Both the position numbers and the translations under genes were made by a program. A DNA stretch of 59,619 nt, from positions 1-59,619 of the forward strand of contig UYFQ01000369.1 of the NCBI GenBank assembly GCA_900617105.1, written 5' to 3'. The notes below the pieces were generated by a model that worked only from the letters and a program-made list of their open reading frames with translations, did no database searches and was not told the origin of the DNA. The DNA comes from Hydrurus foetidus (lineage: Eukaryota). Positions 49,561-59,619 of the stretch are shown one piece after another (position 1 is the stretch's first letter; each line of letters starts with the position of its first letter).

Positions 49561-52516
49561 TGGTAGCGATTGAAGCCTTCAAGACTTCAGAGATAGTTTT
49601 TAGAGCCTCCGTCCAAGAGAATCATGGCAAAGGAAAGAAAGGCCCGGGGCCATTCTCGTCAGAAGAAGACGAAGAGCCACCGTTGCCAACACCTAACCCA
49701 CTAATACCTACTCTCCCTCTGACTCCTGCATTAGGAATTGAGGAGCCTCCCATCGGTGTTGTAATCGATGAGGAAAGCCCTCAATTCCGGGCAGCTTTAG
49801 ATAGAAGAATCGCTCAACTCCAGTTGTTAAGAGATGAGAGCCCGATTATAGATAACCCGTTAGGGTTAATCGACATCGCGCCAAGGGTGGATCTGCCGCT
49901 AGGCGATCAACCCTCGTCTAGGAACACTGAGACTAGAGCGATTCTTACAAACCTCCGTCCGTCAAGTCCGTCTAGTCCTGTGCCGTCCGATGATGAATCG
50001 TCTTTTAGCAGTAGCAAAATTTCTAGTAGATTGAATAACGGGGGAAACCCTCGCAAAAATTTTTCGAGCGAGTCCTCAATAACGACAATGAAGGGTCGAA
50101 AGGACTCTAATAATAACAACAATAACAAAATCGGATCGACGCCGAAGCAATCAGAATTTTGGGATAAGGATAGTAGCAGTAGTGACGAGGAACAAAATAA
50201 TGAATATTCAAAGAAGAAACCATGTGAAAAGATGGTCAAACGAATACATTACCAACGAAATTCAACAGTGCTAATATCAGAAATCTCAAAATATATCATT
50301 GACATCAATACGCCAGACAAATTTCACCGTCTGCGAATGATACATTCGGTACTATCAACAACGGGGCTACTTACCCTTATTGAAGGTCATCGTACCGAGC
50401 CAATAATGACAGACGAAAATATTCATGGGTTCTCAAATAGAAAAATTATATTAGTTCCTAGAGTTGAATATGAAGATGAGAAATCAATTGACTCACTATC
50501 ATCGGAGCCAATTATCGAAAGAGTAGTTCTCGAAGAAGATGATGCATTCCATTATATTCATGATAATGATAGACTATTTTCTCTAGTTTACATTATGTTT
50601 TCAAAAACTTTGCATCATAATATATCAATAATAAATCAAAAGTTACGAAACGGAATTGCATCTTATCGAGAAATGATCAATTACATCTTCGGTCAAAAGC
50701 AACAGGACGTGAAATTCGCAAGAAGAGCGTTGGACACCTACCAGATAAATCCAAGTGTTCATTTTAGATTAGAATATTCAAAATGGGAACAATTATTCTC
50801 CAATCTAGAACACGCACAGAGTAGAATGATGACTGACGTCGAGAAAATGGCTTGGGTATCAGATCGGTTAGATTCTGACCCAAGACCTAAGATCGCTTCA
50901 TCATTTGCTGCATGTGTCGTGAATAACACAAGTTATAATGAGTCGATGGGAATTATGTTGAGAGTCGCAGATGCAATGCCGCCTGAAACAGCGGTCATTC
51001 GCATGGCGAGTGTAACATCTTTTCCTGAAACGTCAAGTAGCTCTGAATATTCTCTATATCAAAATACAATTCAAAATCAGTCTCAAGCAAAATTAAATCA
51101 ATATCAATCCTTGTCAAATCCGCCGCAAAATCCGGGTAAACAACACAATATAATCCAGCTTATAATTATGATATTAATAACAAGAATAAAATTCAAGATG
51201 CTAGATCATTACCTGACAATACTGGAGAAAGCAAAAGACCGGTTAAGAATGGTGGTTATTGTTTTGGATTTCAAAAAGGAACTTGTAACAGACCAACATG
51301 CAAATACAAGCATGAAATGAATCCAGACAATGAAAATAAAATCCAACAACCCCAACCAAATACAATTCCTTACAAAAAGTCAGTACAATTTGATTTAAGT
51401 CAAGCACAAATTGACTCAGTAGGACCGAAGGTTGGTGATCCGAATGTACGGGGTGGATATTCAAAAGCGCAAATTAAAAGATTAAATTGGATGAGATCTC
51501 AAGATACTGAAACTGAACATCAGGTGCGTGCATTCTCAAGTTGGGGTAACCCTTCTGCACCACCTTATCAGTCCAATGAAGAAAAACACAATACATTAAT
51601 GCGAGTGCGAATAACACCAAATGATCAAAGAATAATAAAAACTGATAGGCAGAATCAAGAATATAAAAATAAAATTTACAATGGAAAAATGAATCAAAAT
51701 GAAATGAAAAGTCATCAAAGATCTCTACTCCAGAATGTACAAAATAATTATTCTGCATGTTCTATTCCCCAAAGGGCAATAAATGCCGCAATATTGTTAG
51801 CTGAACAATACTATTTGTTTCATTTATACGTCATGGAATATAATAGAAATGATCCTGCAACAACAATAGTTCCGTATATTTTCTTATTCAAAAACAAAAG
51901 AACAATTAAAGATAATCAAGAAAGAGCAAATCAATATACTGATCTCTTTGGGTGGCATAAAAATCCATCTACTACACGTAGAAAGGATATAAGAACTCCA
52001 ACAGTTAAATGGATGCACCTGATGTATCAGATTGGAGCCACACTATTACAAGCATGTATAGTTCTACCTCCTGCTGATGAAAAAGCCGGACCTCATCACT
52101 TTATGAAATTCAATCCATACTGTATTGACGGGGTGACGGAAAAATACATTCCCTCAACGAGACCAGGACACTATTGGTCTCAAATGACTTGTGTTAGTGA
52201 ATATGCGGAAGTAATAAAACGTCTTGATCAATATACACAATTCAATGAAGTAATTAATAACACATTATTCATTGATACAGTTTTGCACGCAATAATATTC
52301 GACTTTGTCGCATTTGCGGGACAACATGTTGGATATTATCACGAGAATTCAAATCTGGATAAAGAAGACTTATTAAGAAGATCACTAAAAATGGATATAC
52401 TTAAAGAAAATGATCCATCGTTTGTTATGTTTGGAATTAGAGATGCATTCTTAGTAATAGCAAGACTAGTAAGACCAATTAATGACTTGGTAAAAGAACA
52501 TTGTCATCACCATTAA
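49548..52516 (+). CDS. gag: Copia B Gag with CCCH finger and unknown domain (frameshifted)
   Basis: ORFs 49548-51320 and 51317-52516. CFGFQKGTCNRPTCKYKH lies in the second frame near 51260-51315. Homologous to the Copia A ORF. Confidence 0.82.
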
Positions 52517-55500
52517 CAAATGAATTAGATGAATTAATACACTCACATCAATCGTCAAAAGACGTCGTCAAAAAACCAATGATAACAGTCCTATATGACA
52601 GAGCTCAATCACCGATTTTTGATGTAGATGTAGTAACAAGAACAACTGAAGAATTGTCTCCAATGTATATACATACATCAGATCAAAGTGATAATGAATC
52701 AAGTGATATGTCGTATGATAGAGTTGATATTCCTGATAGTCCAATATCAATGGAATCTATTAAATCACCTCCATTTAGTATTGAAACACCTAAATACATT
52801 GAATATGTTGGAGGTGTAAGAATTGTAGATTATGATAAGCTTGGAAAATACAGAAACTTAAAAGGATATGATGTGAATCAACCAGAACCAGAACCAGAAT
52901 TAGATAGTAATATAAATGAACGTGAAGAAGCTGTAGTATATAAAGATGCAATAACAGAATTTGAAAAAGATATTAGTGATGATGATGATGAAAATGAAAA
53001 TGAAAATTTGGAAGAAAGACAACTCAGATATAAAAATAAATTTGAAAGTTTAATAAAAGAACATGATTCAAAAAGACTAAAACTAAATGAATCTGAAGAT
53101 AATGACAATATGAACGAATCAAATGAAATAAATGAAAGTACTGATATTCAACCAATAGAAAACCAATTGAAATCTCTAAGAATAAATCATAATATTAAAT
53201 CAATGAAAATGCAAGGGCAAATAATATTCGACTCTGGTGCATCAACATGTGCCACTTCTGATCCTACACTCCTACGTCACATAATATATGGTCAGGGTAT
53301 CAAAGCAACTCCAGCTTTCGGTCCCGCCATAGAATCAAAAGCGACAGGACTATATGGACCATTAGGTCTCGACATTATACTTATGGAAGGGATGAAAGAA
53401 ACACTAATTTCAATATCCCAACTATGTAATGGCGGAATATCTGGATCACAAAATGTTGTTATATTTACATCAGAAGGAATGAGATGTTTTTCAATAGAAT
53501 CTATTAGAGAAGCATTAGCATTAATAGATAAATTAGGAGTGGAGATTATTCGTGGATACATATCAAATGGTGTATATGTATATAATCAAAATGAGGAAAA
53601 ATTTATAAGTAAAGTTGTCAGTAAGGAGGAGATAGTTCACAAAACACTTTCTCCTGTTTGTAAAGAACCAATAATAAAAATAAATATATCACCAACGTTA
53701 TATTTGACACAATTTAAACCCGTGTCATTATATGACCATGTACACATGGTTACCGGACATCCCGGAAATATTGGAATGTTATGGCATTTAAAAAATTCTA
53801 CCAATGCAAAATTTACTGAAGAAGATGCAAATAAACAACGAGGTCCTTGCAAAGGTTGCGTTTATGGCACCATGCATCAAACTGGAACTGATCACAGAAG
53901 AGAACATAGAGATCTTCCTGTTAAACCAGGACAATGTTTCTCTCTGGATGCATACCAGCACAATTGCTATTCCGCAAGAGGATATAAGCATTGTGATATT
54001 TATACGGATTTAGCAACGCGTCGTTGTTATCCGGTATACACTAAAGATAGGTCAGCTCATGAATTATGTGCTCAGAGTTTAAAATTATTTAATCAACACC
54101 CTGAATGGCAATATGTCCATGATACCGATACTCGGCGGTTCATTCGACTTGACCCAGAAAGAAATTATCGATCAAATGAATTCTCAGCGTTTGTAAGTTC
54201 AAAAGGATACCAACTCGAACGCACACCATCCAGAGACAAACATGCTGGTGGTGTAGCAGAAAGAGCTGTAGGAGTAATTGTAGCGAAAACAAATGTTGCA
54301 ATGCTGAGCCCAGACAATCCAGTCCCTCAAATATATTGGGATTTAGCAATGACATATGCATGCGATACAGCATCATATAATTTCTCAAAAGTAATAGGAA
54401 CATCCCCATATATGAAAATAACGGGACAACCAATTAATATAAAATACTTACAACCTTTTTGGTCGTCATGCTATGTATTCATACCTTTAGCTGAACGTGT
54501 CAAATTAGGTGCAAGAAGAGCGTATAAAGCTAAGTTTTGTGGATACTCAAATACATTCCTTCTTTTTCCTAACTACTTCGTAATTCCATATGAAAATGGT
54601 AAATATGGACGAATCCGTGAAAGTAAAGATGTAATATTTGACCCAACAATAGACTTTAGTATATACACAAATGATGAAGAACCGTACGATCGTGAATTCG
54701 TATACACAGATCATTATGTACCATTCTTACATCGGAAAGCCGCACCCGATGAACTCCAGGGAGAATTAGCTCAACCATATGTTGAACCAGCTGGTGAAAC
54801 ATTCGAACCTGATTTCCCGGAAAGAGCAGATGTCTTAGCAGAACAAAATAGAAATGAACCTATTCCTTTTGAAGACACAAATGAGAATAATATTAATATA
54901 GTCAATATGCCATACACAGATGAAAATAATGATCCTGTATATTGGTATAATATGAATGTAAGAAATGAAGAATACGCTCTTAGTATGTGTGAAACACAAC
55001 ACTACACAAAATTAGGTGTACCAATAGATCCTCGTGTACCCAAATGCTTTAAACAAGCAGTACATATACCAGCTTGGAAAGCTGCAATAGACAAGGAATG
55101 TGAAAAATTTGACAAAAATGATTGTTTCACAGTTGTTCCATATAATGGACAACAACTCGTATCAATGATGTGGCTATTCAACATCAAAACTGATGGCACA
55201 CTGAAAGCGCGCCTTGTAGCACGGGGTGATTTAATGAAGCCATACGTCCACTACCATCCAAATGATGTGTATTGTGGCAATGTATCAGCAACATCAATCA
55301 AAATAGCCGTAGCTATTGCTGCTGCTTATAAATGCACAATGCGGGGTGGAGATTTGGAAGGTGCATATTTAGTTACAAGAGCAAATGAAGCATATCCAAT
55401 ATTCATTAAGACTCCTGAAGGATACAGTATTCCTGAAGGAATGTGCATCCAATCATTAGGAAATGTATACGGGAATCCCAATTCAGGAAGAAATTTCAGT

Positions 55501-56649
55501 ATTAAGTTAGACATGTGTGTCAAAGAATGTGGATACAAGAATACTCCATGGGATCCCAAACTATTTCACAAATGGAAAGAAGAAAGAATAATAATTCTAA
55601 TAGTACATAGCGATGACTTTCGCTGGTTTGGAGATAAGAAAGATTTAAATGAGTGGGATGCCCTACTAAAGAATTTTAATAAACACAAATATAAAGTAAC
55701 AGACTGTTCAGATAAAGAATTTGTTGGAATCCGTATCACATGTGATGAGAACTTTAATTATTTTATGGATCAAACAAGAATGGTTGAAGAAATTATAGAC
55801 GGTATTGGAATGAAAAACGCGAAAGATGAATCATTACCATATCCGCTAGACAAAACTAGTCTATCCAAATTAGACAATGCATCTCCTGCACAATTATCTG
55901 AGTGTAGCAAATTTCCATATCGTAGAGTTGTCGGTCAATTAATGTATGGTATGGTACATACATTAGTGTCAATAATGTACGCACTAAATGTATTGTCCCG
56001 ATACGGTAACAATCCTGGACCACGACATATAGAATTTGCTAAACATTTATTAAGATATGTTAAAATGTCAAAATCAGATAGATTAAAGTTTAAGACTCAT
56101 GATGGTCCCAAAGACATTGATACAATGACTGAGTTTCTTCAGTTAAGATTTCAATGCGATGCTGACTTAGCAGGCAATCTTGATAACCTACATTCGCAGA
56201 CATCATATCTCGGATATTTAGGTCCATCATTAATATGCTGGTGCTCAACAGATCAGGGCAGCATATCAACGTCAACAGCAGAATCTGAAATAAAAGCGGT
56301 TAATCACACTCTTAAGGCTGAGGTGATAGCAAACCGTGGAATGCTGAGCCAAATGGGTTGGTTACAGGCACCCACGAGAATTGAAGAAGACAATAAGGCA
56401 TGTGTAGATGCATCAATAATTACTCATATGACAAGAGGACTACGTCACTTAGAAATAACTGAGAACTTCCTAAAAGAAAAATATGCCGATGGAACGTGTG
56501 TGCTAGTCAAAATAGCATCATCTGATAATAATTCAGATATTGGAACAAAAAGAGTAACAAAACAAGTATTTGAAAAGTTAACAAATGAGATTGTTGATAA
56601 ATCATTGAGAATAATAAAAGTAAAGCACAGTGACAAAATGTCAAAGTAA
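52501..56649 (+). CDS. pol: Copia B Pol (protease, integrase, RT, RNase H)
   Basis: IIFDSGAS; HHCC with DAY/LDPE/AER; KARLVARG; HSDD; QCDADLAG; STSTAESE; EDN. Confidence 0.95.
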   Translation: MSSPLTNELDELIHSHQSSKDVVKKPMITVLYDRAQSPIFDVDVVTRTTEELSPMYIHTSDQSDNESSDMSYDRVDIPDSPISMESIKSPPFSIETPKYIEYVGGVRIVDYDKLGKYRNLKGYDVNQPEPEPELDSNINEREEAVVYKDAITEFEKDISDDDDENENENLEERQLRYKNKFESLIKEHDSKRLKLNESEDNDNMNESNEINESTDIQPIENQLKSLRINHNIKSMKMQGQIIFDSGASTCATSDPTLLRHIIYGQGIKATPAFGPAIESKATGLYGPLGLDIILMEGMKETLISISQLCNGGISGSQNVVIFTSEGMRCFSIESIREALALIDKLGVEIIRGYISNGVYVYNQNEEKFISKVVSKEEIVHKTLSPVCKEPIIKINISPTLYLTQFKPVSLYDHVHMVTGHPGNIGMLWHLKNSTNAKFTEEDANKQRGPCKGCVYGTMHQTGTDHRREHRDLPVKPGQCFSLDAYQHNCYSARGYKHCDIYTDLATRRCYPVYTKDRSAHELCAQSLKLFNQHPEWQYVHDTDTRRFIRLDPERNYRSNEFSAFVSSKGYQLERTPSRDKHAGGVAERAVGVIVAKTNVAMLSPDNPVPQIYWDLAMTYACDTASYNFSKVIGTSPYMKITGQPINIKYLQPFWSSCYVFIPLAERVKLGARRAYKAKFCGYSNTFLLFPNYFVIPYENGKYGRIRESKDVIFDPTIDFSIYTNDEEPYDREFVYTDHYVPFLHRKAAPDELQGELAQPYVEPAGETFEPDFPERADVLAEQNRNEPIPFEDTNENNINIVNMPYTDENNDPVYWYNMNVRNEEYALSMCETQHYTKLGVPIDPRVPKCFKQAVHIPAWKAAIDKECEKFDKNDCFTVVPYNGQQLVSMMWLFNIKTDGTLKARLVARGDLMKPYVHYHPNDVYCGNVSATSIKIAVAIAAAYKCTMRGGDLEGAYLVTRANEAYPIFIKTPEGYSIPEGMCIQSLGNVYGNPNSGRNFSIKLDMCVKECGYKNTPWDPKLFHKWKEERIIILIVHSDDFRWFGDKKDLNEWDALLKNFNKHKYKVTDCSDKEFVGIRITCDENFNYFMDQTRMVEEIIDGIGMKNAKDESLPYPLDKTSLSKLDNASPAQLSECSKFPYRRVVGQLMYGMVHTLVSIMYALNVLSRYGNNPGPRHIEFAKHLLRYVKMSKSDRLKFKTHDGPKDIDTMTEFLQLRFQCDADLAGNLDNLHSQTSYLGYLGPSLICWCSTDQGSISTSTAESEIKAVNHTLKAEVIANRGMLSQMGWLQAPTRIEEDNKACVDASIITHMTRGLRHLEITENFLKEKYADGTCVLVKIASSDNNSDIGTKRVTKQVFEKLTNEIVDKSLRIIKVKHSDKMSK

Positions 56650-56660
56650 AGAGTTCTGGA

Positions 56661-56850
56661 TATCATGATTGTTTAATCAGAGATGACATGAATCCAAACA
56701 GAAATATTAAATATAAAAATATCATGATTATCTGATCAGAGATGACATGCATATGAAGTAAATAATAAGATTAAATATTATGATTGTCTAATCAAAGATG
56801 ACATAAGATAGTTACATAAGCTCATGATTGTTTGATCAGAGACGACATGA
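56661..56850 (+). repeat. Four degenerate TCATGATTGTTTAATCAGAGATGACATG repeats in the Copia B 3' UTR
   Basis: Copies at about 56661, 56721, 56776 and 56822. Confidence 0.8.
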
Positions 56851-56895
56851 TGACTTCTAAGAAAATAATATAAAGCAATTGATGATTACGGGGTG

Positions 56896-57411
56896 TGTCG
56901 GTATATAACAGCGATAAGTGCTAGTTATAGCTGTATATTACCATTTGTATAATCAACAATTAGCATGATAGGATATCATAAGTAAACACATTTTGTAGAT
57001 TGTTATTGGTGTGCAATGTGCACCAAGTCGCTTCCTCAATGCCAATTCGTATCACGTATATTGCCATTGTTACACCATAATAACCACAGCTGTATAGTAT
57101 TTATCCGGTACTTGGTACCAAAAGTCTAGCTTTTAGTACAAACGTCATATTTACAGTTGAGTAGCTACTATCTCGCCTATACAACAACGTAGATGTAAAT
57201 CTACGAGAGCCAGTCAAATTGCATGCGCATGACGATTGAGATCTTATTATTGTACGGCAGGTAGAAATGATGTGCAACATGATTTTATGCTTTGTGGCCT
57301 CCGTGCCAGTTTCTAATTCTTAAATCGAATTTACTAACCAAACCTTCCCATCTTCATTTGGCCATCCACGATATGTCCTCCCGACTTCATGCCATCCCGT
57401 GGCAACTCACA
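56896..57411 (+). repeat. Copia B 3' LTR
   Basis: Direct repeat of the 5' LTR, followed by the TSD. Confidence 0.95.
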
Positions 57412-57631
57412 TGTATTTATCGTACGTATCTCTTCTTGTATTTCTTTTTTATTTATTTTTCTGCATTTTTTCTCAAGCTTGAGTCGTATTTGTTTTGTTA
57501 CACATTGTGGATAGCGACCCACCAGTAGAGAGAGAGGGAGAGGGAGAAAGAAATGAGAAAACGAGAGAAAAGTAGGGGTAGTGTGGCTCTCTCAGGGTCT
57601 GCTACCCCATTCAGCCGATAAGATGCTTAGA
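57412..57631 (+). mobile_element. Remainder of Gypsy B: 3' UTR, PPT and truncated LTR start
   Basis: Purine tract ends in GGGGTAG, as in Gypsy A, followed by TGTGG at 57582. Confidence 0.65.
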
Positions 57632-59619
57632 GGTTGGACCTTGGACCCATCCCATGATGTTTAGGATGCCTCTGTTGGCTATGACCTCTGCTTTGAGTGT
57701 GTGGTTGACAGCCTTGATTTCCGACCCTGCCGTTGATGTTGATATGCTGCCTTGGTCGGTGGAACACCAGCAGATAAGGTTACGGCCGAGGTATCCAAGG
57801 TATGCAGTCTGGGAGTGGCTATTGTCGGGATTACCACCCAAATCTGCATCGCATTGAAACCGGAGTTGGAGTAGCGTTGTCATAGTCTCGATGTCTCTGG
57901 GTCCATCGTGTCCATGGAACACTAGTCGATCACTTCGTGCGTACTTGCAGTACTGCAATAAGTGTTTGAGGAATTTAATATGTCTGGGACCTGGGTTGTT
58001 ACCATAACGGGATAGTACATTGAGTGCATACAGAATGCCGACCATGGTATGTACCATACCGTACATTAGTTGACCCACGACCCTCCTGTACGGGTACTTC
58101 ATACACTGCATACGTTCCTCAGGGGTAGAAGCGTTGTCTAGTTTCGACAATGCAGGTTCTTGGTCCCCAGTCGGGTATGGTAAGTGCATGTCCTTTGCAC
58201 CAGATATATTAGCCTCTTTTATTATTGAATCAATCATGCGATGTTGATCCATATAATATGTGCCATCTTCATCACGCTGAATACGAATACCAACGAACTC
58301 CTTGTCAGTTGCATCAGTGACTTCATATTTGTGTGCATTGAAGGTGGCGATGATCAGATCCCATTCATCAAGTTTGTCCGAAGGACCAAACCATCTGAAG
58401 TCATCACTGTGAGCGATGATAAGCATGGGTCTACCATCTGTGGTCCATTTAAAGAAGAACTTGAGGTCCCAGGGTGTGTTCTTGTAACCACACTCGAAGA
58501 TACAAATATCAAACTCAATGGAAAGTTTTGCCCTGCAGGTGGGAATCCATAAAGATTGCCGACAGCCTGAAAGCAGAAACCGGGTGGGCAAGTGTATCCC
58601 TGCGGTGTCTTTATGTGCACCGGGAAGTTAACATTTGCTCTTGTAATGAGGTAAGCACCAATGAGGTCACCTCCTTTCATTACTAGTCCATATGCTGCTG
58701 CAATGCTTAGTGCCATCTTGATGGAACACGATGATACATTTCCGCAGTATACGGCGTCGGGGTCGAAGTCCACGAGTGGTATCATCATATCTCCCCGTCC
58801 CACTAAACGGGCCTTTTCGTACCGTCGGTTTTTATACTAAAAGCCACATCATTGGTACCAGGTGTTGGTCAATGTATGGTACTACATGTAAACATGAGTT
58901 CTTCTCGAATTTCTTTAATTCAGTATCTATTGCGTTTTTCCATTCAGGTATAGCCATAGCTTTCCAGAATGATTTTGGCACATTGAGTTGATCGAAATTG
59001 ATGAATAGTTTTTCGTGATGACTTGCTTCAATCAATGAGAGAAAATGTTCGTGATTTCTAACATGAGTAGAGTACCAGTAGACAGCATCGTCATTTTCAA
59101 TGTTTTGAATCGGTGTATTAATACCAATGTCATTATCATCGATGTCGGATTTGTTAATTGTATCTCTAATTGGTGTTGGATCAAACGGTATATTCTGTTT
59201 TGTTGATTTGATATTAGTCGATCCAGATTTATTAACAATTTTGTTATTGTTAATCACATTTGGATTTATTTTCGCTGGAATAGGATTTTCAGGAGTTCGA
59301 TTCTGAATAATGCAAGGTATTACAGGTACAGGGTGTATTGGAATAGCTGGAGTTGCTAGTTGTTGTTCAGAATCTTTTTCAACTACCTTGTTAGCTGGTA
59401 GGACTGCAGAGATATCGTTATTGATATTCTGGTGTAAATTAGAAAAGTCAAGATCGGATGGGTACTCGTCCGTGTAATTATAATTATTGTCTTTGTCGAA
59501 AATGACGTCCTTACTTGTCCTAATTTTGCCGAAGATTCCGGTTGGTAGTATTTCGATGACCTTAAAACAAGGCTCGAGCGTTCTCGATAAATCGTAACCA
59601 ACGAATCTGGCTTTGTATG
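57632..59619 (-). pseudogene. pol: Copia pol fragment: integrase C-terminus, RT and truncated RNase H
   Basis: AYKARFVGY...TSKDVIFD; VPKSF...WKNAIDTEL; HSDD; QCDADLGG. Frameshifted. Homology ends at MGWVQGPT. Confidence 0.9.

Larger units (their letters stand above)
49045..57411 (+). mobile_element. Complete Ty1/Copia LTR retrotransposon B (8367 bp), nested in the Gypsy B 3' UTR
   Basis: 516-bp LTRs at 49045-49560 and 56896-57411 (about 3 differences seen); 5-bp TSD TGTAT; PBS TGGTAGCGA at 49561; order PR-IN-RT-RH. Confidence 0.96.

Overview
Eukaryotic DNA, probably a protist (GT-AG introns, standard code; a stramenopile origin is only a guess). The apparent ~0.49-kb satellite at 4583-41865 is a tandem array of U1 snRNA genes: about 48 intact copies plus several interrupted or garbled ones. 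Each has the 5' ATACTTACCTG, a U1-70K loop, an Sm site and a terminal stem-loop IV. Four transposons sit in this array at clustered positions. A Copia and a chromodomain Gypsy are 31 and 33 bp upstream of the U1 start. Two divergent ~6-kb Tc1/IS630-type (DD34E) DNA transposons are at TA sites at U1 nt +41 and +49. Both DNA transposons carry a homologous, intron-containing accessory gene of unknown function, and one also carries a 2OG-Fe(II) oxygenase. This looks like a multi-gene, possibly U1-targeting transposon family that I do not recognise. The right third is a nest of a truncated Gypsy, a complete Copia and a Copia pol fragment. That last fragment nearly continues the Copia at the left edge, so the contig may be circular or a collapsed repeat. 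Most short ORFs in the track are by-products of the repeat. Frameshifts and two garbled segments suggest long-read consensus errors. All comparisons were made by eye.
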